Of a stretch of DNA of 64,000 bases, positions 38,542-51,119 are shown one piece after another. Numbering within the stretch: the first letter of the stretch is position 1; every line of letters begins with the position of its first letter. Under the pieces are notes generated by a model. It made no database searches and was not told the DNA's origin. It worked only from the letters and a program-made list of their open reading frames with translations. This DNA is from an uncultured Gammaproteobacteria bacterium (GTDB lineage Bacteria; Pseudomonadota; Gammaproteobacteria; UBA9214), in the NCBI GenBank assembly GCA_963748215.1, contig CAVVHS010000006.1, positions 288,001 through 352,000 of the forward strand. Direction: 5' to 3'. The translations under genes and the position numbers were made by a program.

Positions 38542-39530
38542 CAGCCCGCTATCCGGTAATGTGCGCCGCGCTGCCTGAAGCGCCGGCCGCTGAACAGTAT
38601 TTCGTGCGGGGTGTCGCCCAGACCGAGCGCAGTGGTCATGCGTTCGATGCACGCCAGCACCTCGTCGCGGTCCTGGCCGTGCACCATGCAGAACAGGTTG
38701 TAGCGCCAGCCGGGCAGGCGGCGCGGCCGCTGGTAACAGAGCGTGACGCAATCCTGGTCGCCCAGTTGCCGGCCGATCCGGTCGACCTGGTCATCCGCCA
38801 CGTCCCACACCACCATGGCGTTGGCGCGGTAGCCGAGTTCGTGGTGGCGCACGACCACGCCCAGGCGCTTGATGATGCCGCGCTCGAGCAGGCTGCGCAG
38901 CTGCTCGATGACCCCGGACTCGGTACAGCCAATGCGCTCGGCGATTGCCTGGTAGGGCCGTGATACCAGCGGCAGGCCGCCCTGGATCGCCTCGATCAGG
39001 TCCTCGGCGCTGCCGGCCGTGTCTGCCACGGGATGTGTCCCGGTGTTTGCCGTGTCACGGTCAACCGTCATGTTTGCCACACGGTCAAACCGCAGATGGA
39101 AACCGAGGTCGATGTGATAGTCCCGGACCAGCGGCAGCGACATGACATCAAGGCCGCTCTGCTGCCGGATGGCGTCGAGAGTGGCCGCGATGCCCTCCTG
39201 ATTCGGCGCCGTGAGCACGAACCACAGGTTGAAACGGTGTTCGCGCTCGTAGTTGTGGTTGACCTGGGGGAAACCGTTCACGAGCGCCGCGATCCGTTCC
39301 AGTTGCGCGGCGGGCACCGCCATCGCCGCCAGGGTGCTGGCGCCGATGGTGTTGGGCCGGAACACCGCGCCAACGCGGCTCACCACGCCCTGTACCTGCA
39401 GGTCATGCAGGTGGTCGAGCAGGGTGGCGGTGCAGGTGTCCAGCTCCCGCGCGATGTGGTCGAACGGTTGCGGATCGAGCGGGAATTCCCTCTGGTAGTC
39501 GTTCAGCAGGCGCTGGGTCAAAGGCGTCAT
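38541..39530 (-). CDS. nirDL: Fused siroheme decarboxylase NirD-NirL
   Basis: Two AsnC-like halves: VNHNYEREH and VTLCYQRPR...FRQRGA. Confidence 0.88.
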   Translation of the reverse strand: MTPLTQRLLNDYQREFPLDPQPFDHIARELDTCTATLLDHLHDLQVQGVVSRVGAVFRPNTIGASTLAAMAVPAAQLERIAALVNGFPQVNHNYEREHRFNLWFVLTAPNQEGIAATLDAIRQQSGLDVMSLPLVRDYHIDLGFHLRFDRVANMTVDRDTANTGTHPVADTAGSAEDLIEAIQGGLPLVSRPYQAIAERIGCTESGVIEQLRSLLERGIIKRLGVVVRHHELGYRANAMVVWDVADDQVDRIGRQLGDQDCVTLCYQRPRRLPGWRYNLFCMVHGQDRDEVLACIERMTTALGLGDTPHEILFSGRRFRQRGAHYRIAG

Positions 39531-39532
39531 GG

Positions 39533-40696
39533 CTACAACCCGATACGGTGGGCGCGGTCGGTGAAGAAAATCCCGCTCGGCTTGACGGCGGGCAGCGTTG
39601 CCGTTTTCTCCAGGCTGGCGGTGTCGTAGACATCGATACGGTCCTCGTCGCGCACCGACAACCAGAGCTTCTCGCCGCGCGGCGTGAATTCCATGTGCAG
39701 CACCGCCTTGCCGGGTTTCAGGGTCTTGATGATGTCGTGCGACTCGACGTCGATGACCTGCACGGTGTCATTGTCCGGGTGGGCGAAATTGACCCACACC
39801 TGGCGGCCGTCGGGGCGGGCCATGACGAACACCGGCTGGCCGTGTACCTCGATGGCGGCCTGCTGCTGCCAGTTGTCAGTGTCCACCACCAGCACCCTGT
39901 GCTGGCCGACGGCGGGGACGAAGGCGAGACGTCCGGCCATCGCCCAGCCTTCGAGATGCGGCATCTTGTAGACGGGTAACTTTTCATCATGTGCCGCGTA
40001 GCCCTCGAGGATGCGGCGTACGCCGCGTTCCGGGTGCCACAGGTCGAGCAGGGCCATGCTGTCGTCGCCGAACAGGCCGGCGATGTAGTAGCGGCCATCC
40101 GGGGTGATCAGTGCGTCGTAGGGCGCGCGCCCGATGTTCTCGAAGCGGGTCAGCTGCGGCTTGCGCGGCTCGGCCATGTCGGCGATCCAGATCTGGTCCG
40201 CGTCGTACAGGCTGAACACGAAACGGTTGCCGGGGGCGTCGACCAGGCCGATGACCTTGGAAAATTTTCCGGGGGCGTATTCGGCAGGGATGTCGGCGAC
40301 CGGCTCGAGCGTGGCGGCGTCGAAGACGCGCACGCCGCCCGGTTCGTAATTCGATACAGCGACCAGGCGGCCGTCCTGCGAGATCGCACCGCCGATGCTG
40401 TTACCGGCTTGCAGGATGCGCTTGTCGATGCGGCCGGCCAGCAGGTCGACCCGGGTGAGGCCACCGTCGCGGCCGAACACGTAGGCATAGCGGGCATCGC
40501 GCGAGAACACCACGGAGGCATGCGACAGGTCGCCGAGTCCGTCGATCTCCGCCAGCCGGGTATCGGTACTGTGTTCGACCACCAGCAGCTGGCCCGTGGC
40601 GCGCTCGATAACCACGCCGAGGTCGCCGGTGCCGCGCAACTCCGCGAGCAGCGGCAGGCTGAGCAACAGTGTGCCGATCAGCAGCAGTGCCCTCAT
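39533..40696 (-). CDS. nirF: Heme d1 biosynthesis protein NirF
   Basis: LRGTGDLGVVIER, GDLSHAS, YKMPHLEGW, PSGIFFT. Confidence 0.95.
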   Translation of the reverse strand: MRALLLIGTLLLSLPLLAELRGTGDLGVVIERATGQLLVVEHSTDTRLAEIDGLGDLSHASVVFSRDARYAYVFGRDGGLTRVDLLAGRIDKRILQAGNSIGGAISQDGRLVAVSNYEPGGVRVFDAATLEPVADIPAEYAPGKFSKVIGLVDAPGNRFVFSLYDADQIWIADMAEPRKPQLTRFENIGRAPYDALITPDGRYYIAGLFGDDSMALLDLWHPERGVRRILEGYAAHDEKLPVYKMPHLEGWAMAGRLAFVPAVGQHRVLVVDTDNWQQQAAIEVHGQPVFVMARPDGRQVWVNFAHPDNDTVQVIDVESHDIIKTLKPGKAVLHMEFTPRGEKLWLSVRDEDRIDVYDTASLEKTATLPAVKPSGIFFTDRAHRIGL

Positions 40697-41013
40697 GGTG
40701 TTTGTCCCGCCTCCATCAGGGTGTCCACCAGCCAGGCGATGTCGTCCTCGCCGAGCAGGGTTTTCCAGGGCGGCATGGGGGTACCGGCGCGGCCGTCGCG
40801 GATGGTGGCGACCAGTAACTCGCGCGGTTTGCCGGCCAGCGCCTGCGCGGTCAATGCCGGTCCCAGGCCGCCGGTCAGGCGCATGCCATGACAGGAGCCG
40901 CAGTCCTGATGCAGCAGGTTTTGCAGTTCCCGTGCACGTTCTGCCGACAGGGGTGCGGCAGCTGCCGGCAGGCAGGGCAGGATGGCCAGCAGCAGAACCG
41001 GCAGGCTACGCAT
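40693..41013 (-). CDS. nirC: Cytochrome c55X NirC
   Basis: QDCGSCHGMRLTGGLGP, GTPMPPW. Confidence 0.92.
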   Translation of the reverse strand: MRSLPVLLLAILPCLPAAAAPLSAERARELQNLLHQDCGSCHGMRLTGGLGPALTAQALAGKPRELLVATIRDGRAGTPMPPWKTLLGEDDIAWLVDTLMEAGQTP

Positions 41014-41785
41014 ATTGCAGCTCGGCTTCATCCGCGTCTGGCTGCACAGTGCCCAGTTCGGCGGCCAGCGCGACCACGTCGCCGATCACCAGCAGGGCAG
41101 GGGATTCGATGTTGCCATCGGCCGCCGTTGTCTCCAGCTGGCCAATGGTCGTAATGAAATTGCGTTGTCGCGGCGTGGTGCCGCGCTCGATGATGGCTGC
41201 CGGGGTGCTGCTGTCGCGCCCGGCGGCCAGCAGTTTGGCCACGATCAGGCCCAGGTTGGACAGGCCCATGTAGATGACCAGGGTCTGGTCGCGGTCGGCC
41301 AGGGTGCGGCTGTCGATGATGAGTTCATGGTCGTCACGGCGATGACCGGTAATGAAGCGTACACCGCTGGCCAGTCCACGGTGGGTCAGCGGGATGCCGG
41401 CATAGGCCGCGCAGGCCTGGCCGGCGGTAATGCCGGGCACGACCTCGAAGTCGATGCCCGCCCGTACCAGGGCCAGTGCCTCCTCGCCGCCGCGGCCGAA
41501 GATATACGGGTCGCCGCCCTTGAGGCGCACGATGGTCTTGCGGGCATCGGCCTGTTCGATGAGCAGGGTGTTGATTTCCGACTGGCTCAGGGTATGGTGA
41601 CAGGTCGCCTTGCCGACGTAGATGCGGTCGGCGTGTGGCGGGATCAGGCGCTGTATTTCGCCCGATATCAGCCGGTCGTAGATGACGGTGTCGGCCTGTT
41701 GCAACAGGCGCAGGGCCTTGACGGTCAGCAGGTCGGGATCACCGGGACCGGCCCCGACGAGATAGATCCTGGCGTGTTGAGACAT
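41006..41785 (-). CDS. nirE: Uroporphyrinogen-III C-methyltransferase
   Basis: YLVGAGPGDPDLLT, RLKGGDPYIFGRGGEE; lies within the nir operon. Confidence 0.9.
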   Translation of the reverse strand: MSQHARIYLVGAGPGDPDLLTVKALRLLQQADTVIYDRLISGEIQRLIPPHADRIYVGKATCHHTLSQSEINTLLIEQADARKTIVRLKGGDPYIFGRGGEEALALVRAGIDFEVVPGITAGQACAAYAGIPLTHRGLASGVRFITGHRRDDHELIIDSRTLADRDQTLVIYMGLSNLGLIVAKLLAAGRDSSTPAAIIERGTTPRQRNFITTIGQLETTAADGNIESPALLVIGDVVALAAELGTVQPDADEAELQYA

Positions 41786-41813
41786 GGTTGTCAGGCTCCC
41801 CGGGATGAGGGGG

Positions 41814-41848
41814 CGGGCATGGAAAACCGATACGATCTTCCATGCCCG
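41814..41848 (-). terminator. Stem-loop just downstream of nirS
   Basis: CGGGCATGGAA...TTCCATGCCCG 11-bp stem, no strong U-tract. Confidence 0.5.
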
Positions 41849-41860
41849 GCACCACCGCGT

Positions 41861-43638
<1,778 letters not shown>

Positions 43639-43662
43639 TCACGATTACTTGCCCGGGTATCC

Positions 43663-43676
43663 TTGATTTATATCAA
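43663..43676. promoter_or_regulatory. FNR/DNR box upstream of nirS
   Basis: Perfect TTGATTTATATCAA. Confidence 0.88.
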
Positions 43677-43690
43677 GGGCTAACCGTGCA

Positions 43691-45286
43691 TCAGATTTCT
43701 GTTGAATTTACAGCCGTTTCCGCTGCCCTGATCCGGTCCAGCGCCGCCTTGCTCTTCTCCCGCCGGATGCGTTTTTCCGAAAGTGGCGGGCACTGGTGAT
43801 CATCCCAGTAGGTCACCTGGCAATCCAGGCAGTAATGACACTCGTTGGGATTGATCTCGCCGGTCGGTCTGATGGCCTGCACCTCGCACTGTCTGGCGCA
43901 GATCTGGCATGGCCGGCCGCACTCCTTGCGCCGCCGCAGCCATTGAAAGATGCGCAGCGGGGCCGGTATCGCCAGGGCGGCTCCCAGCGGGCACAGGTAT
44001 TTGCAGAAAAACTTGCGATAGAAAATCCCGATCACCAGCAGGCCAAGGGCATAGGCCAGGAAGATGCCCTCCCGGTTGAAGTGCAGCACGATCGCCGTCT
44101 TGAACGGCTCCACCTCGGCGGCCCTGGCCGCGTAGCCGATGGACTGCAGGGACAGGCCGAACAGGCCAATGAAGATGACATACTTCACTGCCGTCAACCG
44201 CTCGTGCACGACGTCCGGGAATTCGAGCGCCGGGATTTTCAGGCGCTGGGCAAGTTGATGGATCAGTTCCTGCAGGGCACCAAAGGGACACAGCCAGCCG
44301 CAATACACGCCACGACCCCACAGCAGCAGGGTGAGGGCCACGTAGCCCCAGAGAATGAATATCAGCGGATCGACGAGGAACGATTCCCAGGTGAACTGGT
44401 GCAGGATGGCGGTGATGAAGGTCAGCACATGAATGACCGACAGCTGGGCCAGGGTGTACCAGCCGATGAAGAACAGGGTAAACAGCAGGTAACCGGTGCG
44501 CACGACCCTGAGCAGTCGCGGACGGCGGGTCAGCCAGTCCTGAAACAGCAGGATCAGGGTGAGCACGCCAAGCGCAAGGCACAGGACCACGATCTGCCAC
44601 CAGCGCGCCTGCCAGACCGACACCCAGAAGGGTTCCGTTTTCTCGCCCAGCCACCAGACCGGTGGTGCCGCTGCCTGTCCGGGCTGTTGCAGGCCAGCTT
44701 CGACATTCGCAGGGCCGGTGCCGGCCGGTATGCCGCGTGATTCGGCCACCTTCTTGATCGCCTTCATGACCGTCGCATTCATCACCATCGCGGTAATGGT
44801 GGCGCCGGAAATGCTATCGACGGTGACATAGCCTTCGCGCTCTGCGCCGCCGAGTTTGACGCGTTCCAGCACCGATACCCCACGGTACTGGTCGACATAC
44901 TGTCTCAGGTCCTGTTCGGAAACACCCACGACAAGAATGGGCTCGGAATGCTCCAGGATATGCAGGCCGGCGATATGGCCCGTCAGGTCGAGTCCGACCA
45001 GCAGGGTGATCGGTTTCCCGGAATAGGCCGGTATCGGCGCGATATCGGTGGTGCGGATGACATAACCCAGCAGCTGTTCACCCACATATACCGGGGCAGC
45101 CAGCGGGTCTCCGGCGAATTCCCCGACACTGTCCGCTTGCGGAAAATAGCGTTTTGCCAGATCGAACACCGGCTCGGCAGCAACCGTGCTGAACATGGCG
45201 GTCAGCAGTACCAGCGCAGCAAGGCGGCCGAGCCAGCCGCGTCGCAAGGTGTGCGTGTTGCTGTGCCCGGGTATGCGAGACTCCAT
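43691..45286 (-). CDS. nirI: NosR/NirI-family FMN/FeS membrane protein
   Basis: AYSGKP, HSEPI, SGATIT (FMN Thr), CGWLCPFG, CKYLCPLG, CGRPCQIC, CHYCLDC; directly upstream of nirS. Confidence 0.8.
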   Translation of the reverse strand: MESRIPGHSNTHTLRRGWLGRLAALVLLTAMFSTVAAEPVFDLAKRYFPQADSVGEFAGDPLAAPVYVGEQLLGYVIRTTDIAPIPAYSGKPITLLVGLDLTGHIAGLHILEHSEPILVVGVSEQDLRQYVDQYRGVSVLERVKLGGAEREGYVTVDSISGATITAMVMNATVMKAIKKVAESRGIPAGTGPANVEAGLQQPGQAAAPPVWWLGEKTEPFWVSVWQARWWQIVVLCLALGVLTLILLFQDWLTRRPRLLRVVRTGYLLFTLFFIGWYTLAQLSVIHVLTFITAILHQFTWESFLVDPLIFILWGYVALTLLLWGRGVYCGWLCPFGALQELIHQLAQRLKIPALEFPDVVHERLTAVKYVIFIGLFGLSLQSIGYAARAAEVEPFKTAIVLHFNREGIFLAYALGLLVIGIFYRKFFCKYLCPLGAALAIPAPLRIFQWLRRRKECGRPCQICARQCEVQAIRPTGEINPNECHYCLDCQVTYWDDHQCPPLSEKRIRREKSKAALDRIRAAETAVNSTEI

Positions 45287-45319
45287 GCGCGCATTATCGG
45301 TGCCTGCCGGCGCCGGGCC

Positions 45320-45333
45320 TTGATCTTCATCAA
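45320..45333. promoter_or_regulatory. FNR/DNR box upstream of the nirI-like gene
   Basis: Perfect TTGATCTTCATCAA. Confidence 0.85.
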
Positions 45334-45575
45334 TGCAGGATGACCGGGAACGGTAACCGGTAAGCAGGGTGTGCGGGTTTATCAGGTACGCATCCGGCGT
45401 AAGGGAATGGCTGCCGGCACCGGGCGTTTGCAGCCATGCCGCGGCGTTCAGGGAAACGGCCTGCGGGTAAACGGATCATGGCCGGAGGAATGACCGGCAG
45501 GGCCGATTAGGGTTGTGAACAACTGTCCGGAACGACAGGCCGGATCTGGCAGCTGCCAATACGCGCGGCAGGGCG

Positions 45576-46478
45576 TCACAGGTCTGTCGCCGGGACCAGG
45601 GTGGACTCCAGCCGGCGCCGGTATTTGCCGGGCTTGAGGTGATACAGTGCGCGGGCAATGCGCATGGCCTTCGACAGGAGAGCAATCCGGCGACTCTCGA
45701 TCAGGGCATGCAGCAGTTCGCGGCGCACCCGGTCCGGGCACAGGTCCGGATGTGTTGCGAGTGTCTCTTCCAGCACGGCCAGGTCATGATCCTTGCCCAG
45801 GGTGTCTTCGAGCCGGTGAAAATCTTTGATCGCGGATTTCAGCTCGGCCCCGTTCCACGCGTCCAGCATGTGCAGCTGATAGTACTGATACTTCGCCTGC
45901 CTGCGCAGGGCATGTCCATTGCCGGTGTCGGGTGATGCCTCCATCCGGGCGAGCGCGCGCCGACCGCGCCGGTAGCAGTCCGCAATGCCGGCAAGCATGT
46001 TCCTGCTGTCGATGCGTTCGAAATCCGTTTGCCCGGCCACCGCCAGGATCTCCGCCAGCTGTGTCTGCAGGATCGCCGGGTCTGGTGCGACGACCGCGGC
46101 ACCGGCATGTTTTTCCGGGCTGTGGCTAAGGGCCTCGTGCACCGCTGCCAGGGCCTGTTCATGGAGCACGGGTGCGAAGTGACGGTCGATGTGTTCGAGG
46201 GTATCAAGCATCACCTTTTGGTCACGCAGCGTGGCAAGCTGGCGGGCGAAGTCACGAATGTTCCTGTTAAGGATACGAAAAGTGTCGTCTTCCAGTGCCG
46301 GCCGTATCATTCTCAGCAAGGCACGCAGCTTTTTGCATGTCTTGCGCATTTCGTGGATATTGTCGTCAGTTATGGCCGACGGAACAATCAGGCGCTCGCC
46401 GATACCGCCCAGCAGGCCTGTCAGGATGCGGCGGGAGCCTGTGGCTGGCGATTCGATGGCAGGACTATGGTATTGCAT
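45576..46478 (-). CDS. CHAD-domain protein
   Basis: IHEMRKTCKKLRALL, LRDQKV, HALRRQAK, LGKDHDL. Confidence 0.85.
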   Translation of the reverse strand: MQYHSPAIESPATGSRRILTGLLGGIGERLIVPSAITDDNIHEMRKTCKKLRALLRMIRPALEDDTFRILNRNIRDFARQLATLRDQKVMLDTLEHIDRHFAPVLHEQALAAVHEALSHSPEKHAGAAVVAPDPAILQTQLAEILAVAGQTDFERIDSRNMLAGIADCYRRGRRALARMEASPDTGNGHALRRQAKYQYYQLHMLDAWNGAELKSAIKDFHRLEDTLGKDHDLAVLEETLATHPDLCPDRVRRELLHALIESRRIALLSKAMRIARALYHLKPGKYRRRLESTLVPATDL

Positions 46479-46675
46479 GATTTTTCATCCAGTATCCTAT
46501 TTGCCATAATAACGACGGCATGGCAAGGCGCCGTTTTTGCTGAAAATCAATAAATATGCGGTGATTGGCCGATATGGCGGGCATTGGCCCGTATTTCGGG
46601 CTTCTGCCGGGTGCCTCGGCCTGCGGATCGGGGATTGCAGTGCGCCAGTGAGCGGTTACACGAACGGAGGAATCG

Positions 46676-47512
46676 ATGGCCAAGAACATGAAGGAACAAC
46701 GCAGGAAAAAAGCGAAAACCATGGCGCAGTCGGCCGACCGGCACAAATTGTACGAACAGTCGGTGCAGGATCCGGCGCTGGAGTGCAAATTCATCCGCAA
46801 GACCTTTCGCAAGCTGCGCGACCGGCCACCCCGTTTGCTCAGGGAGGACTTCTGTGGCACCGCCGCGGTGTGCTGCGAGTGGGCCCGGCACAGCGACAAG
46901 AACACCGCCATCGGCGTGGATATCGATGCGGACGTGCTGGAATGGGGTCGCCAGCACAACCTGTCGCGGCTCAAGCCGGATGACCGCGTGCGGGTGCGAC
47001 TGATGCAGGAAGATGTCCGCACGGTGCAGACGCCGGAACCCTCCGACGTCATCCTGGCCATGAATTTCAGTTACATGTTTTTCAAGACCCGCGAGAAGCT
47101 GGGCGGTTATTTTCGCGCCGTGCGCGAGGGGCTTGCCGACGACGGGGTGTTTTTCATGGATGCCTTCGGCGGTTACGAGGCCTTTCAGGAAATCAGGGAA
47201 AAGACCCGCCACAAGCACTTCGACTATATCTGGGAACACGCAAGCTACAACCCGATCAACGGCGACATGACCTGTCACATCCACTTCCGCTTTCCGGATG
47301 GCTCGAAGCTGAAAAAGGCCTTCACCTATACCTGGCGCCTGTGGACGTTGCCGGAACTCCAGGAGTTGCTGATCGAGGCCGGCTTCGCGCGGGTAACCGT
47401 GTACTGGGAAGAGGTGGACGAGAAAACGGGTGATGGCACGGGCGTGTATTCACCGGCCACCGTCGGCGCAGCTGACCCCGGCTGGGTATGTTTCATCGTC
47501 GCCGAAAAATGA
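46676..47512 (+). CDS. Class I SAM-dependent methyltransferase
   Basis: LYEQSVQ, LREDFCGTA, GVDID, AMNFSY, YTWRLWTLPE. Confidence 0.85.
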   Translation: MAKNMKEQRRKKAKTMAQSADRHKLYEQSVQDPALECKFIRKTFRKLRDRPPRLLREDFCGTAAVCCEWARHSDKNTAIGVDIDADVLEWGRQHNLSRLKPDDRVRVRLMQEDVRTVQTPEPSDVILAMNFSYMFFKTREKLGGYFRAVREGLADDGVFFMDAFGGYEAFQEIREKTRHKHFDYIWEHASYNPINGDMTCHIHFRFPDGSKLKKAFTYTWRLWTLPELQELLIEAGFARVTVYWEEVDEKTGDGTGVYSPATVGAADPGWVCFIVAEK

Positions 47513-47737
47513 GTGATCGATTGCATACATACGGGTAAAACCGGGGTACTGCACCCCGGGCAGAAGGGGGCGGAATCCTGGCTCCGTCAGCACAGGCCGT
47601 GTTGAATGCTCAAAGACGAGTAAATCTGATCACTGGAAACTCAAAACATCAGAATCATTGAAAAGGGCGAGTATTCATTCCATGTGTTATCCCTCATTCA
47701 AGACGTCTGTCTGCGCCGCCGGCTGATTTCTGCCGTT

Positions 47738-48208
47738 ATGCCGCTGGAGATCGAGCGCAAGTTCCTGGTTGATGCCGCGGCCTGGCAACGACCTGCCACG
47801 GGTACACGCTACCGGCAGGGTTATCTTTCCACCGAGCCGGCGTGCAGCGTGCGTGTCAGGCTGGCGGGCGAGCAGGCCTGGCTGACCATCAAGGGCGAAA
47901 CCGTCGGCATCACGCGCGTCGAATACGAGTACCCCATCCCCGCGGTCGATGCCGGCGAGCTGCTCGACCATTTGTGCAAGCGGCCGCTGATAGAGAAAAC
48001 GCGCTACCGCATCGATGTCTCGGGACTGCTCTGGGAAGTGGACGAGTTCCACGGGGCGAATGAAGGGCTGGTGATTGCCGAGGTCGAACTGGCCGACGAG
48101 CACCAGCATGTCGAGTTGCCCGCCTGGGCAGGCCGCGAAGTGACCGGTGATCCGCGCTACTACAACGTCAGCCTGGTCAGGAATCCGTTCACCCAATGGC
48201 CAGATTGA
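47738..48208 (+). CDS. CYTH-domain protein
   Basis: EIERKFLV, QGYL, VRVR, EYEY, EKTRY, WEVDEF, AEVEL, EVTGDPRYYN. Confidence 0.92.
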   Translation: MPLEIERKFLVDAAAWQRPATGTRYRQGYLSTEPACSVRVRLAGEQAWLTIKGETVGITRVEYEYPIPAVDAGELLDHLCKRPLIEKTRYRIDVSGLLWEVDEFHGANEGLVIAEVELADEHQHVELPAWAGREVTGDPRYYNVSLVRNPFTQWPD

Positions 48209-48345
48209 CGTGGCAATATGAGCCGGTAATCTGTCCGCTTTGTCATTAATTTTTATCTGTTTTTAAACATCCTCTGGTAGAATGGCGCCCCTTAAGCAGC
48301 ACGGGGCCGCGCCGATGAGTCATTGTCGAAAAAGGAATCAATTGT

Positions 48346-49623
48346 ATGCCTGAACTCAGTACAGCGAAAATAGGAATTATCGGTCTGGGCTATGTGGGTC
48401 TGCCGCTGGCCGTTGAGTTTGGCAAGCAGTACCCTACGATCGGGCTGGATATCAAGCAGGACCGGGTTGATGAACTTCTCAAGGGTGTGGATTCCACCCA
48501 TGAGGTAACGGAGGCCGAGATCGCCGAAGCCAGGCAGCTCACCTTCTCCAGCCAGCCGGACGACCTGGCTGACTGTAACGTTTATATCGTCACTGTGCCT
48601 ACTCCGGTCGACAAGCATAATCGCCCGGATCTGTCTTACTTGCAGAATTCAAGCAAGATGGTCGGCGCAATGCTGAAAACCGGTGACGTGGTCATTTACG
48701 AGTCGACTGTATTTCCCGGTGCCACAGAGGAAGTATGCGTCCCCGTGCTTGAATCGATATCGGGCATGGTCTTCAACAAGGACTTCTTTGCGGGTTACAG
48801 TCCGGAACGTATCAATCCCGGCGACAAGGAACACCGCGTCAGTAATATCCTCAAGGTAACTTCCGGCTCGACGCCCGGGACGGCGGATTTCGTCGATGCG
48901 CTTTACCGCAGTATTATCCTGGCAGGTACCCACCGCGCCAGCAGCCTGAAGGTGGCCGAGGCATCCAAGATTATCGAGAATACGCAGCGTGACCTGAATA
49001 TTGCCCTCGTCAACGAACTGGCCATGATTTGCAACCAGCTGGGCATCGATACCCTTGAAGTGCTGGAAGCGGCAGGTACCAAGTGGAACTTTCTGCCCTT
49101 CAGGCCGGGACTTGTTGGCGGCCACTGCATTGGTGTTGATCCCTATTACCTGACCCACAAGGCACAGGAAGTCAAATATCACCCTGCTGTGATTCTCGCC
49201 GCACGCAGGCTGAACGATGACATGGGGCGCTACATTGCGGAACAGGTTGTCAGATTGATGATGAATCGCAAGATCCAGGTCTCGGGTTCGCGTGCGCTGG
49301 TTATGGGTTTGACCTTCAAGGAAAATTGCCCTGATCTGCGCAATTCAAGAGCGATCGACGTTGTCCGCGAGTTGCTGCGTTACAATGTGGTTGTTGATAT
49401 ATATGACCCCTGCGTCACCCCTGAGAGTGTCCGCAAGGAGTACGCCCTCGACATGATAACCGAGCCGGGTGAGGGAAATTACGATGCCGTGATCATTGCC
49501 GTCGGTCACGATCAGTTTCGCGATATCGGTGCCGGCAAGCTGCGAGCCTTATGCAAGCCGGACGGGGTGCTTTATGATGTCAAGGGCCTGCTGCCTGCGG
49601 AAGCCGTGGATGCACGTTTGTAG
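48346..49623 (+). CDS. UDP-N-acetyl-hexosamine dehydrogenase (TviB/WbpO-like)
   Basis: GLGYVGLP, YESTVFPG, SPERINPG, GLVGGHCIGVDPYYL, FKENCPDLRN. Confidence 0.92.
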   Translation: MPELSTAKIGIIGLGYVGLPLAVEFGKQYPTIGLDIKQDRVDELLKGVDSTHEVTEAEIAEARQLTFSSQPDDLADCNVYIVTVPTPVDKHNRPDLSYLQNSSKMVGAMLKTGDVVIYESTVFPGATEEVCVPVLESISGMVFNKDFFAGYSPERINPGDKEHRVSNILKVTSGSTPGTADFVDALYRSIILAGTHRASSLKVAEASKIIENTQRDLNIALVNELAMICNQLGIDTLEVLEAAGTKWNFLPFRPGLVGGHCIGVDPYYLTHKAQEVKYHPAVILAARRLNDDMGRYIAEQVVRLMMNRKIQVSGSRALVMGLTFKENCPDLRNSRAIDVVRELLRYNVVVDIYDPCVTPESVRKEYALDMITEPGEGNYDAVIIAVGHDQFRDIGAGKLRALCKPDGVLYDVKGLLPAEAVDARL

Positions 49624-49683
49624 CGGGCTTGATACATCCAGCTGACAATTCCTGAAGATTATTAACCCTGAAAATTATTGACA

Positions 49684-50691
49684 ATGAAAGTATTGATAAC
49701 CGGTTCGGCAGGTTTTATCGGTTCTGCGCTGGCCTTGCGTCTGCTGGAACGCGGCGATGAGGTGGTCGGGATCGATAACCTCAACGATTACTATGATGTT
49801 GACTTGAAGAAAGCGCGACTTGCGCGAACCCTGGAATACGCTGGCTACACCGATATTCGCCTCGATCTGGAGAGCAGGGAAGGCATGGCGGATGTGTTCA
49901 GGACACATCGGCCCGAGCGGGTTGTGAACCTGGCGGCACAGGCAGGCGTGCGTTATTCACTGGAGAATCCGCTGGCCTATGTCGATACCAACCTGCTCGG
50001 CTTCGCCAATATTCTCGAAGGTTGCCGGCATAATGGAGTGGAACACCTGGTTTACGCTTCCAGCAGCTCCGTGTATGGAGCGAATACCAACATGCCGTTC
50101 TCGGTGCATGACAATGTCGATCATCCTGTCAGCCTTTATGCCGCTACCAAGAAGGCTAACGAACTGATGGCGCATACCTACAGCCATCTCTACCGGATCC
50201 CTGTGACCGGGTTGCGTTTCTTTACTGTGTACGGACCCTGGGGCAGGCCGGACATGGCGTATTTCAGCTTCACCCGCAACATACTCGCAGGCAAACCAAT
50301 CAACGTATTCAATAACGGTAACCATAGCCGTGATTTCACCTATATCGATGACATTACTGAAGGTGTTATTCGTGTACTCGACCGGGTGCCGGAACCAAAC
50401 CCCGACTGGTCCGGTGACAATCCGGATTCTGCATCGAGTACTGCACCGTACCGGCTGTACAATATCGGGAATAATGAACCCGTAGCGCTTATGCACTACA
50501 TCGAGGTCCTGGAAGAATGCCTGGGGAAAAAGGCCGAAAAAATCATGCTGCCGATGCAGCCTGGTGACGTCCAGGCGACCTATGCGGACATCGACGATCT
50601 GGTGCGCGATATCGGCTACAAGCCGGATATGACAGTCGAGCAGGGCCTGGCCAATTTCGTCAAGTGGTACCGTGAGTTCTACCAGGCCTGA
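49684..50691 (+). CDS. NAD-dependent epimerase (UDP-glucuronate 4-epimerase-like)
   Basis: [38 protein letters not shown]. Confidence 0.93.
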   Translation: MKVLITGSAGFIGSALALRLLERGDEVVGIDNLNDYYDVDLKKARLARTLEYAGYTDIRLDLESREGMADVFRTHRPERVVNLAAQAGVRYSLENPLAYVDTNLLGFANILEGCRHNGVEHLVYASSSSVYGANTNMPFSVHDNVDHPVSLYAATKKANELMAHTYSHLYRIPVTGLRFFTVYGPWGRPDMAYFSFTRNILAGKPINVFNNGNHSRDFTYIDDITEGVIRVLDRVPEPNPDWSGDNPDSASSTAPYRLYNIGNNEPVALMHYIEVLEECLGKKAEKIMLPMQPGDVQATYADIDDLVRDIGYKPDMTVEQGLANFVKWYREFYQA

Positions 50692-50787
50692 ACGGCGCGT
50701 AAAACCCTATAGAATGGAGGAGATAACCATTGTAACTTATTGTTAAAATGGATCTATTGCAATCAATTTTACAGGGTAATCGGGGGC

Positions 50788-51105
50788 ATGGACATGCAGG
50801 AAAACAGTTGCGGCAGGGAACCCTTCGCATTGCGCGTGATCGGCGACAGCATGACGCCCGAATTCGCCGACGGCTGCATTATCATCATCGACCCGGAAGG
50901 AGTGATCAGTGACGGCTCCTATGTCATGGCGCGCCACGGCGATTCCTATATCTTCCGTCAGCTGGTGTATGGCGAGGGCAGCTATTTTCTCAAGGCGCTG
51001 CAGGCAGGTCATGAGGTGATCGAGCTGCCGGACCTCAAGGACATCGAGGGCGTGGTGACCCAGCAGGGCGCACGCCGCCGCAAGGATCGCAAGCTGTATC
51101 CCTGA
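50788..51105 (+). CDS. Stand-alone S24/LexA-like peptidase-fold protein
   Basis: FALRVIGDSMTPEFADGCIIIIDP; no HTH; the Lys position reads FRQL. Confidence 0.75.
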   Translation: MDMQENSCGREPFALRVIGDSMTPEFADGCIIIIDPEGVISDGSYVMARHGDSYIFRQLVYGEGSYFLKALQAGHEVIELPDLKDIEGVVTQQGARRRKDRKLYP

Positions 51106-51119
51106 TTCCGCGGCGCGGC

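Noticed and set aside
45576-50691. CHAD, methyltransferase, CYTH and nucleotide-sugar genes as one novel system
   Set aside because: Common housekeeping families in mixed orientation with no sign of functional coupling.
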